A stretch of 64,000 bases of DNA from NCBI GenBank assembly GCA_040879925.1, contig JBBDJJ010000050.1:42221-106220 (forward strand). The letters run 5' to 3'. Of this stretch, positions 55,003-64,000 are shown piece after piece (the first letter of the stretch is position 1; the number at the start of each line of letters is the position of its first letter). Below the pieces are notes generated by a model, which was not told the DNA's origin, made no database searches, and saw only the letters and a program-made list of their open reading frames with translations. The translations under genes and the position numbers were made by a program. This stretch comes from Woeseia sp. GTDB taxonomy: Bacteria > Pseudomonadota > Gammaproteobacteria > Steroidobacterales > Woeseiaceae.

Positions 55003-55932
55003 TCAACGGATTGAACCGTCAATCGCGTCCGGTGCGTCGAAACTGATTGTATCAACCGAGCGATCGATGCGTTTCGTCAAACCAGCCAGAACCTTGCCAG
55101 GACCACATTCGATGATCGCCGTCGCACCATCGGCAACGATCTGACGAATCGTATCTGTCCAGCGCACCGGATTATAAAGTTGCCGTTCGAGACCCGCGCG
55201 AATCTGCTCCGCCGTCACGTAAGTCTCGACATCGACGTTACTGATCACAGGAACGGTCGGTTCTGCAAAATCAGTTTCCATAAGCGTCTTTGCAAGTTCT
55301 GCGGCGGCCGGTTTCATGAGCGCACAATGCGACGGTACGCTGACGTTGAGCAGCACGGCACGCTTGGCGCCCGCCTCTTTCGCCTGTGCCGTCGCCCGCT
55401 CGACCGCCGTGCGGTGCCCGGCGATGACAACCTGTCCGGGTGAGTTGAAATTCACGGCTTCGACGACCTCGTCCTGCGCTGCCCCTCGGCACACCGCGAC
55501 GACGGCGTCGTCATCCAGGCCCAGTATCGCCGCCATGGCGCCCTGCCCAGCTGGCACGGCTGCCTGCATCAATTGAGCACGCCGGCGCACCAGCTGAAGG
55601 GCTTTCTGGAATGACAGCGACCCGGCGCAAACCAGGGCGGTGTATTCCCCCAGGCTATGTCCTGCCATGTACGCCGGCTGGCTGCCTCCGGAACGGCTCC
55701 ACACCCGCCAGGCAGCAAATCCCGCCGTCAGCATTGCCGGCTGGGTCACCTGTGTCTCGTTGAGACGCTCTGCAGGTCCTTCCTGCACCAGCTCCCACAG
55801 GTCGAAACCGAGGACTTCGCTCGCATCTGCGTACGTTTGGCGTACCTCGCGGTATTTTTCGGCGAGTGCGGATTGCATGCCAGGCGCTTGTGATCCCTGG
55901 CCGGGAAAAACCATTGCAAAGGTCAACGTCAA
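55003..55932 (-). CDS. fabD: malonyl-CoA:ACP transacylase
   Basis: FAMVFPGQGSQ, GHSLGEY. The start is most likely TTG at 55926 or 55932, or ATG at 55914. The track ORF's longer N-terminus (to 56040) would overlap the rhomboid gene. Confidence 0.9.
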   Translation of the reverse strand: MTLTFAMVFPGQGSQAPGMQSALAEKYREVRQTYADASEVLGFDLWELVQEGPAERLNETQVTQPAMLTAGFAAWRVWSRSGGSQPAYMAGHSLGEYTALVCAGSLSFQKALQLVRRRAQLMQAAVPAGQGAMAAILGLDDDAVVAVCRGAAQDEVVEAVNFNSPGQVVIAGHRTAVERATAQAKEAGAKRAVLLNVSVPSHCALMKPAAAELAKTLMETDFAEPTVPVISNVDVETYVTAEQIRAGLERQLYNPVRWTDTIRQIVADGATAIIECGPGKVLAGLTKRIDRSVDTISFDAPDAIDGSIR

Positions 55933-55957
55933 TCTCCAGCTGCGAGCAGGCCGCGTA

Positions 55958-56581
55958 TTATATCGGCTCTGCCGGCTGGTCCCCAGTTCGCAGCAGCAGG
56001 CCGACTGCCACGCCTGCAAGTGCACCGTAGAAGTGCGCATTGACCACCACGGGCCCGCCAGCGGACAGTGCCGAACCCGGGAGCGGTCCGGCGACCTGCT
56101 CGAAGAGTATTTTTGCGGCCAACAGGCAGCCGAGCGTCAGTGATTCGGCCATCGCTACGCGATAGCGGGCAACCAGGCCCGCGGCCAGCATTCCGTGCAG
56201 CAGTCCGGACAACCCGACATACCAGGTCAATTGCGGATCGAACAACCAGAAGCCGAGGTCGATACCAATCAGGCACGCAGAGATCACTACCAGCCAGCCT
56301 GCGGCCGTCAGGTTTTGCCCCACCAGCAACCACAGCAACAGCAAGGCGGCTGTATTCATCAGCATGTGTGCGGGGCCCAGGTGGACAAAGTGTCCGGTCA
56401 CCAGGCGCCACGGCTCGGCGTCCACGATGGCCGTGCGTTCGAATCGCAGGAAGGCACGTGAGGACGAACCGCCGAGTTCGGCTGACACGCTTGCCGCTGC
56501 GATAACCAGGGGAACTCGCCATTGGGCCGTGCGTCTCATTATTGAGTGCAAGGCGGCAATAGAATCTGTGCGTAAACCCAT
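55958..56581 (-). CDS. rhomboid-family intramembrane serine protease, rhombosortase-like
   Basis: About 190-207 aa with 6 TM. WRLVTGHFVHLGPAHMLMN, GLSGLLHG (Ser) and AHFYGALAG (His). Size and motifs fit the short rhombosortase subclass. The alternative start is 56539. Confidence 0.6.
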   Translation of the reverse strand: MGLRTDSIAALHSIMRRTAQWRVPLVIAAASVSAELGGSSSRAFLRFERTAIVDAEPWRLVTGHFVHLGPAHMLMNTAALLLLWLLVGQNLTAAGWLVVISACLIGIDLGFWLFDPQLTWYVGLSGLLHGMLAAGLVARYRVAMAESLTLGCLLAAKILFEQVAGPLPGSALSAGGPVVVNAHFYGALAGVAVGLLLRTGDQPAEPI

Positions 56582-56671
56582 GTTTGATATACTGAGGCCG
56601 GGTCACGCGATGAGTCAACGCGGCCTCTCCACCGTCGCCGGACCGGCGCCGTTACCGTACGGAGTAATGCC

Positions 56672-57124
56672 TTGAGCCCGACCCTTATCGCCATGCGCAC
56701 ACCAGCCCGCACTGCCGGCTTTACGCTGATCGAAATCATGGTCGTCGTCATCATCCTGGGGATTCTGGCAGCGATCGTAGCGCCGAATGTCATCGGCAGA
56801 ATCGACGATGCGCAGATTACGCGCGTGAAATCCGACCTGCGGGGCGTCGAGAATGCCCTAAAGTTCTACCGCCTGGACAATTTTGCCTATCCCACCAGCG
56901 AACAGGGACTTGACGCACTGGTGACGCGGCCGGCCGACCCCAACCTGCGAAACTGGAAACAGGGCGGCTACCTGGATCGGCTACCAAGGGATCCATGGGG
57001 AAATCCTTACCTCTACCTGAATCCCGGCAACAACAGCGAGATCGATGTCTATACGCTGGGTCGGGACGGCCGTCCTGGCGGCGAAGGTCTCGATACAGAC
57101 ATCGGCAATTGGGAACTCGACTGA
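56672..57124 (+). CDS. gspG: type II secretion major pseudopilin GspG
   Basis: Prepilin leader plus GFTLIEIMVVVIILGILAAIV; DPWGNPY; GRDGRPGGEG. Confidence 0.9.
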   Translation: MSPTLIAMRTPARTAGFTLIEIMVVVIILGILAAIVAPNVIGRIDDAQITRVKSDLRGVENALKFYRLDNFAYPTSEQGLDALVTRPADPNLRNWKQGGYLDRLPRDPWGNPYLYLNPGNNSEIDVYTLGRDGRPGGEGLDTDIGNWELD

Positions 57125-57132
57125 ACGAACCT

Positions 57133-57720
57133 ATGCCTGCTGCCGCACTACGACAACGGCGGTCCGGAAAATCAGCTTGCGGATTCACCCTGATCGAGGT
57201 ACTGGTTGTTGTCATCATTGTCGGTATTGTCAGTGCGGTCGTCATTTTGTCGTTTGGCGTACTGGGTGACGATCGGGCAATGCAACAGCAGGCGCGGCGA
57301 TTGGCATCGCTGGTCGACCTTGCGTCGGACGAGGCACTAATGCAAGGGCGAGACTACGGACTCGAGTTCACGCGGCAGGGCTATCGCTTCCTCGAGCACG
57401 ATCCATTTTCCGGACAATGGCAGGAGATCATTGGCGATGACGTGCTGCGTCCCAGGCAGCTTGACGACGACCTCGAACTGGACCTTGTACTCGAGGATCG
57501 AAATATCGCCCTGGGTGAACAGTTTTCCGCGGCCGAAACCGACGAAGATGATGAGCGGAGCGCAGACGACTTCGCGCCGCATGTTCTGATCATGTCGAGC
57601 GGTGAAACCACGCCATTCAGTTTGCTTATCGTCCGGTCGTCCGATCGAAGCGAGGTGCAGGTGGAAATGTCGGTAACCGGAGAGATCGAGATCCAACTGG
57701 CTGCAGATACCGAACCGTAA
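57133..57720 (+). CDS. gspH: type II secretion minor pseudopilin GspH
   Basis: Start at MPAAAL; CGFTLIEVLVVVIIVGIV prepilin motif; operon position. Confidence 0.8.
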   Translation: MPAAALRQRRSGKSACGFTLIEVLVVVIIVGIVSAVVILSFGVLGDDRAMQQQARRLASLVDLASDEALMQGRDYGLEFTRQGYRFLEHDPFSGQWQEIIGDDVLRPRQLDDDLELDLVLEDRNIALGEQFSAAETDEDDERSADDFAPHVLIMSSGETTPFSLLIVRSSDRSEVQVEMSVTGEIEIQLAADTEP

Positions 57721-57827
57721 CGAACACGCCGGCCTGCTTCTAAGTACCTACCCGCTTAATTACCTATGTGCACCCACCTGATGTCATGCTGCAACGCGCC
57801 CCATACGGTTTAGCGGTGACTCACCCG

Positions 57828-58253
57828 ATGCGACGCGTGCGCGCGTTTACCCTGGTTGAAGTGCTCGTTGCGCTTGCCATCGCCGCGCTTGCGCTTTCGG
57901 CCGTTGCAGCAGCGGTAAGCCAAATGGTTGACGCGGCATCGAGCATGCGGGAGCGAACCTTCGCTGCGTGGATTGCACAAAACCAGATTACCGAATTGCG
58001 CCTGTCCAACGTGCAACCGGAGGTGACCGAGACATCCGGTGACGTCGAATACGCCGGACGCGAGTGGACCTGGGTTGCAACGATTTCAGAGACCGGTGTC
58101 GAGAACCTGTTCCGTGTGGATGTGAGCATTTCTGCGATTGATTCGGATGACGTCATCCGAACCGTCAGCGGGTTCATCGGCGAGCCGGTCATACCGGGGC
58201 AAAGCAACATTGCGTGGAGTATGAATTCGCAGGCAGTCGGAGAAGAGCAGTAA
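57828..58253 (+). CDS. gspI: type II secretion minor pseudopilin GspI
   Basis: MRRVRAFTLVEVLVALAI prepilin motif; size and position. Confidence 0.8.
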   Translation: MRRVRAFTLVEVLVALAIAALALSAVAAAVSQMVDAASSMRERTFAAWIAQNQITELRLSNVQPEVTETSGDVEYAGREWTWVATISETGVENLFRVDVSISAIDSDDVIRTVSGFIGEPVIPGQSNIAWSMNSQAVGEEQ

Positions 58254-58870
58254 TGTGGCGTCGCCACATATCGCGGGCATTCACGCTGATCGAGGTTCTC
58301 GTTTCTGTTGCCATTTTCGGGATTCTCGCCGCACTCGCTTACGGTACGCTGAGCCAGACGCTGAGCGGGGCCGAAATGCTGTCCGTTCGTATGGAAAGAC
58401 TGGCGGCTATTCAGCGCACCGTGCGTTACCTGAGTGACGACTTCATGCAACTCGCGCCGCGGCCGGTGCGCGACGAACTGGGCGATACTTTTCAACCGGC
58501 ACTGCGCACCGGGATCGATTCCACGTATGCAGTCGAGTTGACCCGTGCCGGCTGGAACAATCCGGCCGGGCTGCCGCGAAGCACCCTGCAGCGCGTCGCC
58601 TACGGTCTTCAGGAAACCGAGTTACTCCGTTACTACTGGCCGGTCCTTGACCGCACGCTGGCCAATGAGCCGGTCGCGCACGCGTTGCTGGAGGGCATCG
58701 AAAGCCTCGAATTTCGCTTTATGCGTGACAACGGTGAATGGTCAGCCGAGTGGCCGCCCACCGGACAGGGCGGTCCGCTCGGCCTGCGTATGCGCCCGCG
58801 CGCCGTGGAAATAGTGCTGAATCTCACCGACGAGGGTGAGATCACGCGTCTCATCGAAGTGGCGCCGTGA
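58253..58870 (+). CDS. gspJ: type II secretion minor pseudopilin GspJ
   Basis: MWRRHISRAFTLIEVLVSVAIFGIL; TAATG overlap with gspI. Confidence 0.8.
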   Translation: MWRRHISRAFTLIEVLVSVAIFGILAALAYGTLSQTLSGAEMLSVRMERLAAIQRTVRYLSDDFMQLAPRPVRDELGDTFQPALRTGIDSTYAVELTRAGWNNPAGLPRSTLQRVAYGLQETELLRYYWPVLDRTLANEPVAHALLEGIESLEFRFMRDNGEWSAEWPPTGQGGPLGLRMRPRAVEIVLNLTDEGEITRLIEVAP

Positions 58871-59805
58871 TGTTGCGGTCAAGGTGGCAGCAAACCAGGC
58901 ATCGTGGCGTTGCGCTCATCACGGCTATGCTCATTACCGCGCTCGCGACCATTGTGGCAGCGAACATGGCATGGGACAGTGCCCTCGACGTGCGACGAAC
59001 GATGACGATACTCAACCGTGACCAGGGAATTCAGGTCGCGCTGGGTGCCGAAAGCTGGGTAATGGGAATTCTGCGACAGGACCTGGTGGACAGCCAGACT
59101 GATCACCTGGAAGAGATCTGGGCGACCGAATTACCCGGGCTGCCCATCGACGGTGGTGAGGTGTTCGGCAGCGTCGCCGACCTGCAGGGCAGGTTCAATA
59201 TCAACAACCTGCTGAACCAGAACGGGGAGATCGACGAGCCGTCACTCGAGCAGTTCCGACGCCTCTTGCTTGCCCTCGAACTGGACCAGCGACTCGCTGG
59301 CGTGGCTGCCGACTGGCTCGATGCAAACCGGGATGCCGCATTCCCTGATGGCGCCGAAGACCCGATTTACACGGGTTTGGTCCCGCCGTATCGTAGTGCC
59401 AATCAGACAATAACCAGTATCAGCGAGCTGGCGGCTATCGACGGCATGGACAAGGAAATCTTCGACCACCTGGCACCTCATATAACGGCATTACCGGGTC
59501 GAACGGACATCAATGTGAATACAGCGACGCCTGCGGTCCTGCAATCGCTGGGCGAGAATATATCGGTGGCGGATGTCGAGTCACTGCTTCTGGACCGGAA
59601 GAACGGCGGATTTGTCGATATTCCGACGGCCTTCTCATCGCTGGTCGCACCGGATGTGTTAAACAGTCTGGATGAAGCCAGCAACTTCTTTCAATTGTCG
59701 ATCGTGGTACAAATCGATACCGTTCGGGTCACGGTTTTCAGCATACTGCTGCGCGGCCCGCGTGGCGACGTAACCCCGATTATGCGCAGCTTCGGGACAA
59801 CCTGA
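58867..59805 (+). CDS. gspK: type II secretion minor pseudopilin GspK
   Basis: HRGVALITAMLITALATIVA; helix-hairpin-helix-like region SISELAAIDGM. Confidence 0.85.
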   Translation: MMLRSRWQQTRHRGVALITAMLITALATIVAANMAWDSALDVRRTMTILNRDQGIQVALGAESWVMGILRQDLVDSQTDHLEEIWATELPGLPIDGGEVFGSVADLQGRFNINNLLNQNGEIDEPSLEQFRRLLLALELDQRLAGVAADWLDANRDAAFPDGAEDPIYTGLVPPYRSANQTITSISELAAIDGMDKEIFDHLAPHITALPGRTDINVNTATPAVLQSLGENISVADVESLLLDRKNGGFVDIPTAFSSLVAPDVLNSLDEASNFFQLSIVVQIDTVRVTVFSILLRGPRGDVTPIMRSFGTT

Positions 59806-59807
59806 CT

Positions 59808-61091
59808 ATGGCGGAGTTTCTCGTTATTCGACTGGCCGAAGCAGCGGACGAACCCGCGCACTGGATTGCCGTTGACAGTACCGGCGCACGCCGCAGTCCG
59901 CCGGTAACTGGTCCGTTGCAAGAAGCCCTGGTCGACATTGGCGACCGCAAGGTGATCGCTCTCGTGCCCAGTGCCGAGGTCCTCACCACCAGTGTCGAAA
60001 TTCCCGTCAAGGGTGGCGCACGCCTCCTGGCAGCTTTGCCGTACGCACTGGAAGAATTTCTCGCCGACGACGTCGACAAGTTGCACTTTGCTGCTGGTTC
60101 AAGGCGCTCGAGCGGGCGTGTACCAGTATCCGTAGTCAGCCGCGCAAAGCTCACCGAATGGCGTGAACGGCTTGCCACAGCCGGAATTCGCCCGGCATCG
60201 ATCATCGCCGAGAATTACGGACTTGCACGCATCCCCGGCACCATAAGCATGCTTATGGCGGATGGACAGATATACATCAACGACGGTGCCGAGATTGAGC
60301 TGACCATGCAAGACGTCAGCCCGGGCGATGCGCTGGCCGCCATCGGCGCGCTCGACGATGGCCCTGAAACCGGCGAACTCGCATCAGGCGAGTCAACCAG
60401 CCCGATGAACCTGCCGCGCCACGTGCTTGTGTATTGCGAGCCCGGGGACGAAGAACGTTATGAACACGACTGGCTTGCAATACGACATGAACTCGACAGC
60501 CTCGACATCAATCTGCTGCCAGACGGGATAACACCGCGGTTGGCCGTTACCGTAGCGACGGGGTCCGGTATTAACCTGTTGCAAGGCGAATTTGCCGGCC
60601 AGAAAGAATTTGCAGGACTCTTGCGGCCATGGAAGTACGCAGCGGTGCTGTTGCTGGCACTGATCGGTACGGGGGTAACGGCCAAGGCGCTGGACTATTA
60701 TTCGATGACGCGCCAGGAGACAGCTCTGCGAGAGCAGTTCCAGCGCGAGTACCGTGAGGTTGCGCCCAACGCGACGGAAGTGCGCGACCCTACGGCCGTT
60801 ATTGCTTCGCTGAAAGCTCGTGCAGGACGCAGCGAATCGCCCGAGGTATTTCTCGAATCATTGGCTACATTAAGCCGTGCGATGCGCGCCAACGACGCGG
60901 CCCGACTCGAAGCAATCAGCTATCGTGCAGGAGTTGTCGATCTCCGCTTGACCGCTCCGGACGTAGTCACTCTCGACAACATTCAGCAGCTCATCGGGGA
61001 AAACGGCCGCTTCACGGCGGACATTAAAGAGACTGACCAGGTCGAAGATCGCGTAAACAGTCGCATGCAGGTACAGGTGCGTACGCAATGA
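59808..61091 (+). CDS. gspL: type II secretion inner-membrane platform protein GspL
   Basis: FLVIRL...HWIAVD N-terminus, a central TM, and operon position. Confidence 0.8.
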   Translation: MAEFLVIRLAEAADEPAHWIAVDSTGARRSPPVTGPLQEALVDIGDRKVIALVPSAEVLTTSVEIPVKGGARLLAALPYALEEFLADDVDKLHFAAGSRRSSGRVPVSVVSRAKLTEWRERLATAGIRPASIIAENYGLARIPGTISMLMADGQIYINDGAEIELTMQDVSPGDALAAIGALDDGPETGELASGESTSPMNLPRHVLVYCEPGDEERYEHDWLAIRHELDSLDINLLPDGITPRLAVTVATGSGINLLQGEFAGQKEFAGLLRPWKYAAVLLLALIGTGVTAKALDYYSMTRQETALREQFQREYREVAPNATEVRDPTAVIASLKARAGRSESPEVFLESLATLSRAMRANDAARLEAISYRAGVVDLRLTAPDVVTLDNIQQLIGENGRFTADIKETDQVEDRVNSRMQVQVRTQ

Positions 61092-61570
61092 AACACTGGT
61101 TTGAATCCCTGGATGAACGCGAACGAGTATTCGTACTGCTCGCTGCAGTCGTGTTCGCTATCGCGGTTTTCTATCTCGCTGTATGGATGCCACTGGATCG
61201 AGGGCAGAAAAGTCTTTCGTCGAGTGTTTCAAGCTGGCGGAACGCCCTGGCCGACCTGCGAATCCTGCAATCGGATCTGCAAGGTCCTGCATCCGCGCAG
61301 TCACAGATTGCCGGACTCGATCAATCGCTGGTCGTAGTGGTGGATGAGACAATCCGTAGCCGCGGACTTTATAACGCCTTGCAACGCAGCCAGCCTACCG
61401 GTAGCAACGGTATACGCATCGAGTTCCAGAATGCCGCATTTGACGACCTGGTCCTCTGGCTTGGTGATTTGAGTGCGCGCTACAAGTTGCAGGTATTGTC
61501 GGCAAGTTTTACCCCGGCATCGCGGGACAAGGACGGGCGCGTAAACGCAACTATCCAGCTGGAACGCTGA
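61088..61570 (+). CDS. gspM: type II secretion protein GspM
   Basis: 160 aa, N-terminal TM (VFVLLAAVVFAIAVFYLAVW), ATGA overlap with gspL. Confidence 0.75.
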   Translation: MKHWFESLDERERVFVLLAAVVFAIAVFYLAVWMPLDRGQKSLSSSVSSWRNALADLRILQSDLQGPASAQSQIAGLDQSLVVVVDETIRSRGLYNALQRSQPTGSNGIRIEFQNAAFDDLVLWLGDLSARYKLQVLSASFTPASRDKDGRVNATIQLER

Positions 61571-61575
61571 CAGCA

Positions 61576-62340
61576 ATGCCGGATCCGATACACTCAGCGC
61601 GACGTTCCATGCGAGGTCTGGTCATCGCCGGCGCGCTGACGCTGATTCTCGGACTCATCATTTCCTTTCCTGCCCGCGTTGCCTACGCATGGTTCGCAAC
61701 CCCGGCCTTCTCGATGTCTGGCGTCACCGGATCGGTGTGGCGCGGACAGGCCAGTGAAGGCGCAGTCGCTGGAATCTACCTGACTGACCTCCGCTGGCGC
61801 TTCCGCCCCCTTGCCCTGTTCCGGGGCGAGGCTGCTTTCGGCATTTCGGCACAGCCGGTTTCGGGGCTTATTGATGCAGATATCGGTGTAGGCGTTGGAG
61901 GTTCCGTTCGATTGTCAAATGTCTCCGCCGAATTGCCTATCCGTTCGCTGGAGCGCCTTATTCCCGCCGTGAACGGCATTGACGGCGACATGCGCGTGCA
62001 GATGGAACGCGTCGTTCTGGAGGGCGGAGTACCTGTCGACGCGACCGGAGTTGTCAATGTCTCCAACCTCGTCATTCGGCCGATTGCTGCGTCGGTTCTC
62101 GGTGATTATCGCGCCATCGTGGAAACCGAAGGCCAGACGATTCGCGGCAGAGTGCAGGATACCTCCGGTGTCCTGGAGGTCAGCGGCGAGATCGAATTGT
62201 CTCCCGACCGGGATTTCTCGTTCATTGGACTCATTGCCTCACGAGCCGAAGCCCCTGCTGCTGTCAGTGATCAATTGCAGTACCTTGGACCAGCCGATGC
62301 GGAGGGACGACGAAGCTTTCGTCTGGAGGGCGAACTTTGA
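61576..62340 (+). CDS. gspN: type II secretion protein GspN
   Basis: 254 aa, N-terminal TM, last gene of the gspG-N block. The call rests mostly on position and size. Confidence 0.6.
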   Translation: MPDPIHSARRSMRGLVIAGALTLILGLIISFPARVAYAWFATPAFSMSGVTGSVWRGQASEGAVAGIYLTDLRWRFRPLALFRGEAAFGISAQPVSGLIDADIGVGVGGSVRLSNVSAELPIRSLERLIPAVNGIDGDMRVQMERVVLEGGVPVDATGVVNVSNLVIRPIAASVLGDYRAIVETEGQTIRGRVQDTSGVLEVSGEIELSPDRDFSFIGLIASRAEAPAAVSDQLQYLGPADAEGRRSFRLEGEL

Positions 62341-62357
62341 CAAAACTTGGCACGCGT

Positions 62358-64000
62358 TTATTCCAACAGTGACGAAATTCTGTCAATCGACACCTCGCGA
62401 AACGCCTGCAATAGCGGAAAATAGAGTGCGGCGCGGATCGGCGCTTTCGTCAGGGAACGGTACAGCGCTGCGTACTTGACGAGCTGCGGCCGGTATCGAT
62501 CCATTTCCTGCTGCAGAAACTGATCCAGCTCTCCGCCCTCATGAGTGCTGGTCTTGTAGTCAATAATCCAGTGCACGCCATCGCTATCAGTGCGAATTCG
62601 GTCCAGCACGACGGATTCAATCTGGCCGTTCCAGATGCCGGTCACCGGCAATTCCGTTGTTCCCGGTCCAAAAACGATCCAGCTACCTTTATCATCCTCG
62701 AGCGTGTATTTCAGCGCGTCGCGCACACGTTCGCAGACAGAGTCTGTGTCGGCCTCCGGCACCCCCACTTCATTGGCCCAGCGCCGCGCGAGTCGATCTA
62801 CAACGGCATCATCAATGGGGTCGACCGTGAGTATTCCTGCTGTGAAATGCTGTAGCAGGCGATGCACGATGCTGCCCGCATGACGGGCGACGGACCCTAC
62901 CCAGTAGTAGTCAACCGGGCGGTCCTCAATCGCACGACCCGGCACCAGGGCGTTCGTGCGGCGCGGCAACCGGTTTACAGGCGGTTGCGGAAGGAAATCC
63001 CGCGTTCGATACAGCACTGGCTCCCGAAGCTCCGCCCGATACCGTTCTCGCTCCTCGGCAATCCTGTCGGAAGCACTGAATGCGGCGACGTAATCGGGCT
63101 TCACACAGGGCCAGATCCGTTGCAGCAGACTTCCTGCCTGAGGGTCGCGAAGCTCAGTCCCATCCGCCGACACCGGCACATGGCCGATCAGATGCAGCGT
63201 TCGCCGCGCCCGCGTACAGGCTACATACAGCAGCCGATCTGTCTCAAGGCGATCCTTGTCCCGCAACTTCGTTTCAATCAGCTTGTGCAACGGGTCGCCT
63301 TCAAGTTGTGTGCGCGGCCCAAGCGGACTTATCAGGAATTCCTCGCCGCCATCTCGATCCGGCGCATTGAGCCAGCTAAGAACGCTCGCTCGATCGCCGT
63401 GCGTCCGGTGACCCAGGCCGTAAAGGATAACCTGGTCGAACTCCAGGCCCTTCGCCTTATGCATGGTCATGACTTGCAGGCGTGTCGTCGAATCGACTGG
63501 AGTTGCTACCCGCTCAAGCTCCAGCTGCCGTTCAAGCTGCGCAACATCCGGTAGCGTTCCACAGGACTCCATTCGGGCCAGTACATCGAAGAAGCGGTAG
63601 ACGTTTGTTGTCTGCGTCGCGTCACTCAATATTGCGGGGCCACCAAGACGAAACCAGATGCGCTCTATCGATTCCTGAAGCGTGGCAGTCCCGTTGCCTT
63701 CCAGAAACGGCAACAGTTCCTGGCGCAGCAACTCGATCCGCGATCGGGCGTCCGGCGAAAGCGCATCGACGCGCTCTTCATCCTGCATGAGCTCCCAGAC
63801 AGATTGCCTGGCATCATTACGTACCAGCGCATGCAGGTCAGTCCAGGAGAAGCCTGCCCAAGGGCTCCTTAGCAAAGCCAACCATGCGATCCGATCGTCC
63901 CGGTGACACAACGCGCGCGTGAGCGCCAACACGTCGATGATCTCCGGCAGGTCCGTAAGTCGATCAATATCCAGCGCCTGATAGCCAATGCCGGTCGCGC
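62358..64000 (-). CDS. UvrD/AddA-type helicase-nuclease, C-terminal part (continues beyond window end)
   Basis: I checked that the frame stays open upstream of the track start (63932) to the window edge. Helicase C-terminal motifs VMTMHKAKGLEFD and YVACTRAR. C-terminal PD-(D/E)XK motif HWIIDYKT. Confidence 0.75.
   Translation of the reverse strand, partial: ATGIGYQALDIDRLTDLPEIIDVLALTRALCHRDDRIAWLALLRSPWAGFSWTDLHALVRNDARQSVWELMQDEERVDALSPDARSRIELLRQELLPFLEGNGTATLQESIERIWFRLGGPAILSDATQTTNVYRFFDVLARMESCGTLPDVAQLERQLELERVATPVDSTTRLQVMTMHKAKGLEFDQVILYGLGHRTHGDRASVLSWLNAPDRDGGEEFLISPLGPRTQLEGDPLHKLIETKLRDKDRLETDRLLYVACTRARRTLHLIGHVPVSADGTELRDPQAGSLLQRIWPCVKPDYVAAFSASDRIAEERERYRAELREPVLYRTRDFLPQPPVNRLPRRTNALVPGRAIEDRPVDYYWVGSVARHAGSIVHRLLQHFTAGILTVDPIDDAVVDRLARRWANEVGVPEADTDSVCERVRDALKYTLEDDKGSWIVFGPGTTELPVTGIWNGQIESVVLDRIRTDSDGVHWIIDYKTSTHEGGELDQFLQQEMDRYRPQLVKYAALYRSLTKAPIRAALYFPLLQAFREVSIDRISSLLE

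Noticed and set aside
54164-55144. 326-aa plus-strand ORF spanning fabG and the 3' end of fabD in antisense
   Set aside because: Same reasoning: it crosses a gene boundary of two strongly supported minus-strand genes, and its composition is antisense-like.
55933-56040. Longer N-terminus of fabD in the ORF track (start at 56040)
   Set aside because: It would overlap the 3' end of the rhomboid gene by about 80 nt and adds a non-conserved Arg/Cys-rich peptide. FabD proteins begin a few residues before FxFPGQGSQ, which fits TTG 55926/55932 or ATG 55914.

Overview
GC-rich (by eye) chromosomal segment with gammaproteobacterial-type synteny. All calls come from reading the sequence and ORF translations; no searches were run. 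Housekeeping backbone: complete System I cytochrome c maturation operon ccmABCDEFGHI (7.0-13.8 kb); fabD-fabG-acpP-fabF-mltG-tmk-holB-pilZ block (49.3-55.9 kb, minus strand); type II secretion pseudopilin and inner-membrane platform genes gspG-N (56.7-62.3 kb), with no gspC/D/E/F in the window; tRNA-Cys(GCA) and tRNA-Leu(UAA); tdk, htpX, crcB, phoD, a fadB/J-like gene and a glpQ-like gene. Less ordinary content: (1) a divergent lipid-type cluster of cytochrome P450, FAAL-ACP didomain and KAS III (FabH), opposite a DUF374-like acyltransferase and a DUF3108-like exported protein (27.9-34.0 kb); (2) a probable metal (Cu/Zn) acquisition operon of MbnP-like lipoprotein, MbnH-like di-heme enzyme, a small Cys/His membrane protein and a TonB-dependent receptor with His/Asp/Glu-rich inserts (37.9-42.6 kb); (3) a rhombosortase-like rhomboid protease divergent from gspG; (4) a GspA/ExeA-type AAA+ ATPase fused to an FHA domain; (5) an orphan TIR-like (DUF1863-type) protein in an AT-rich pocket beside an EEP-family nuclease/phosphatase; (6) a protein with two cNMP-binding domains plus rhodanese, whose stop codon starts a 7-bp x6 microsatellite; (7) four tiny coupled ORFs around the two tRNAs, two of them below the ORF-track cutoff. 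An RND pump (MFP-RND) is directly followed by an FAD oxidoreductase. I saw no CRISPR array, rRNA, IS element, transposase or integrase. Many long ORFs in the track are antisense artefacts of GC-rich genes.
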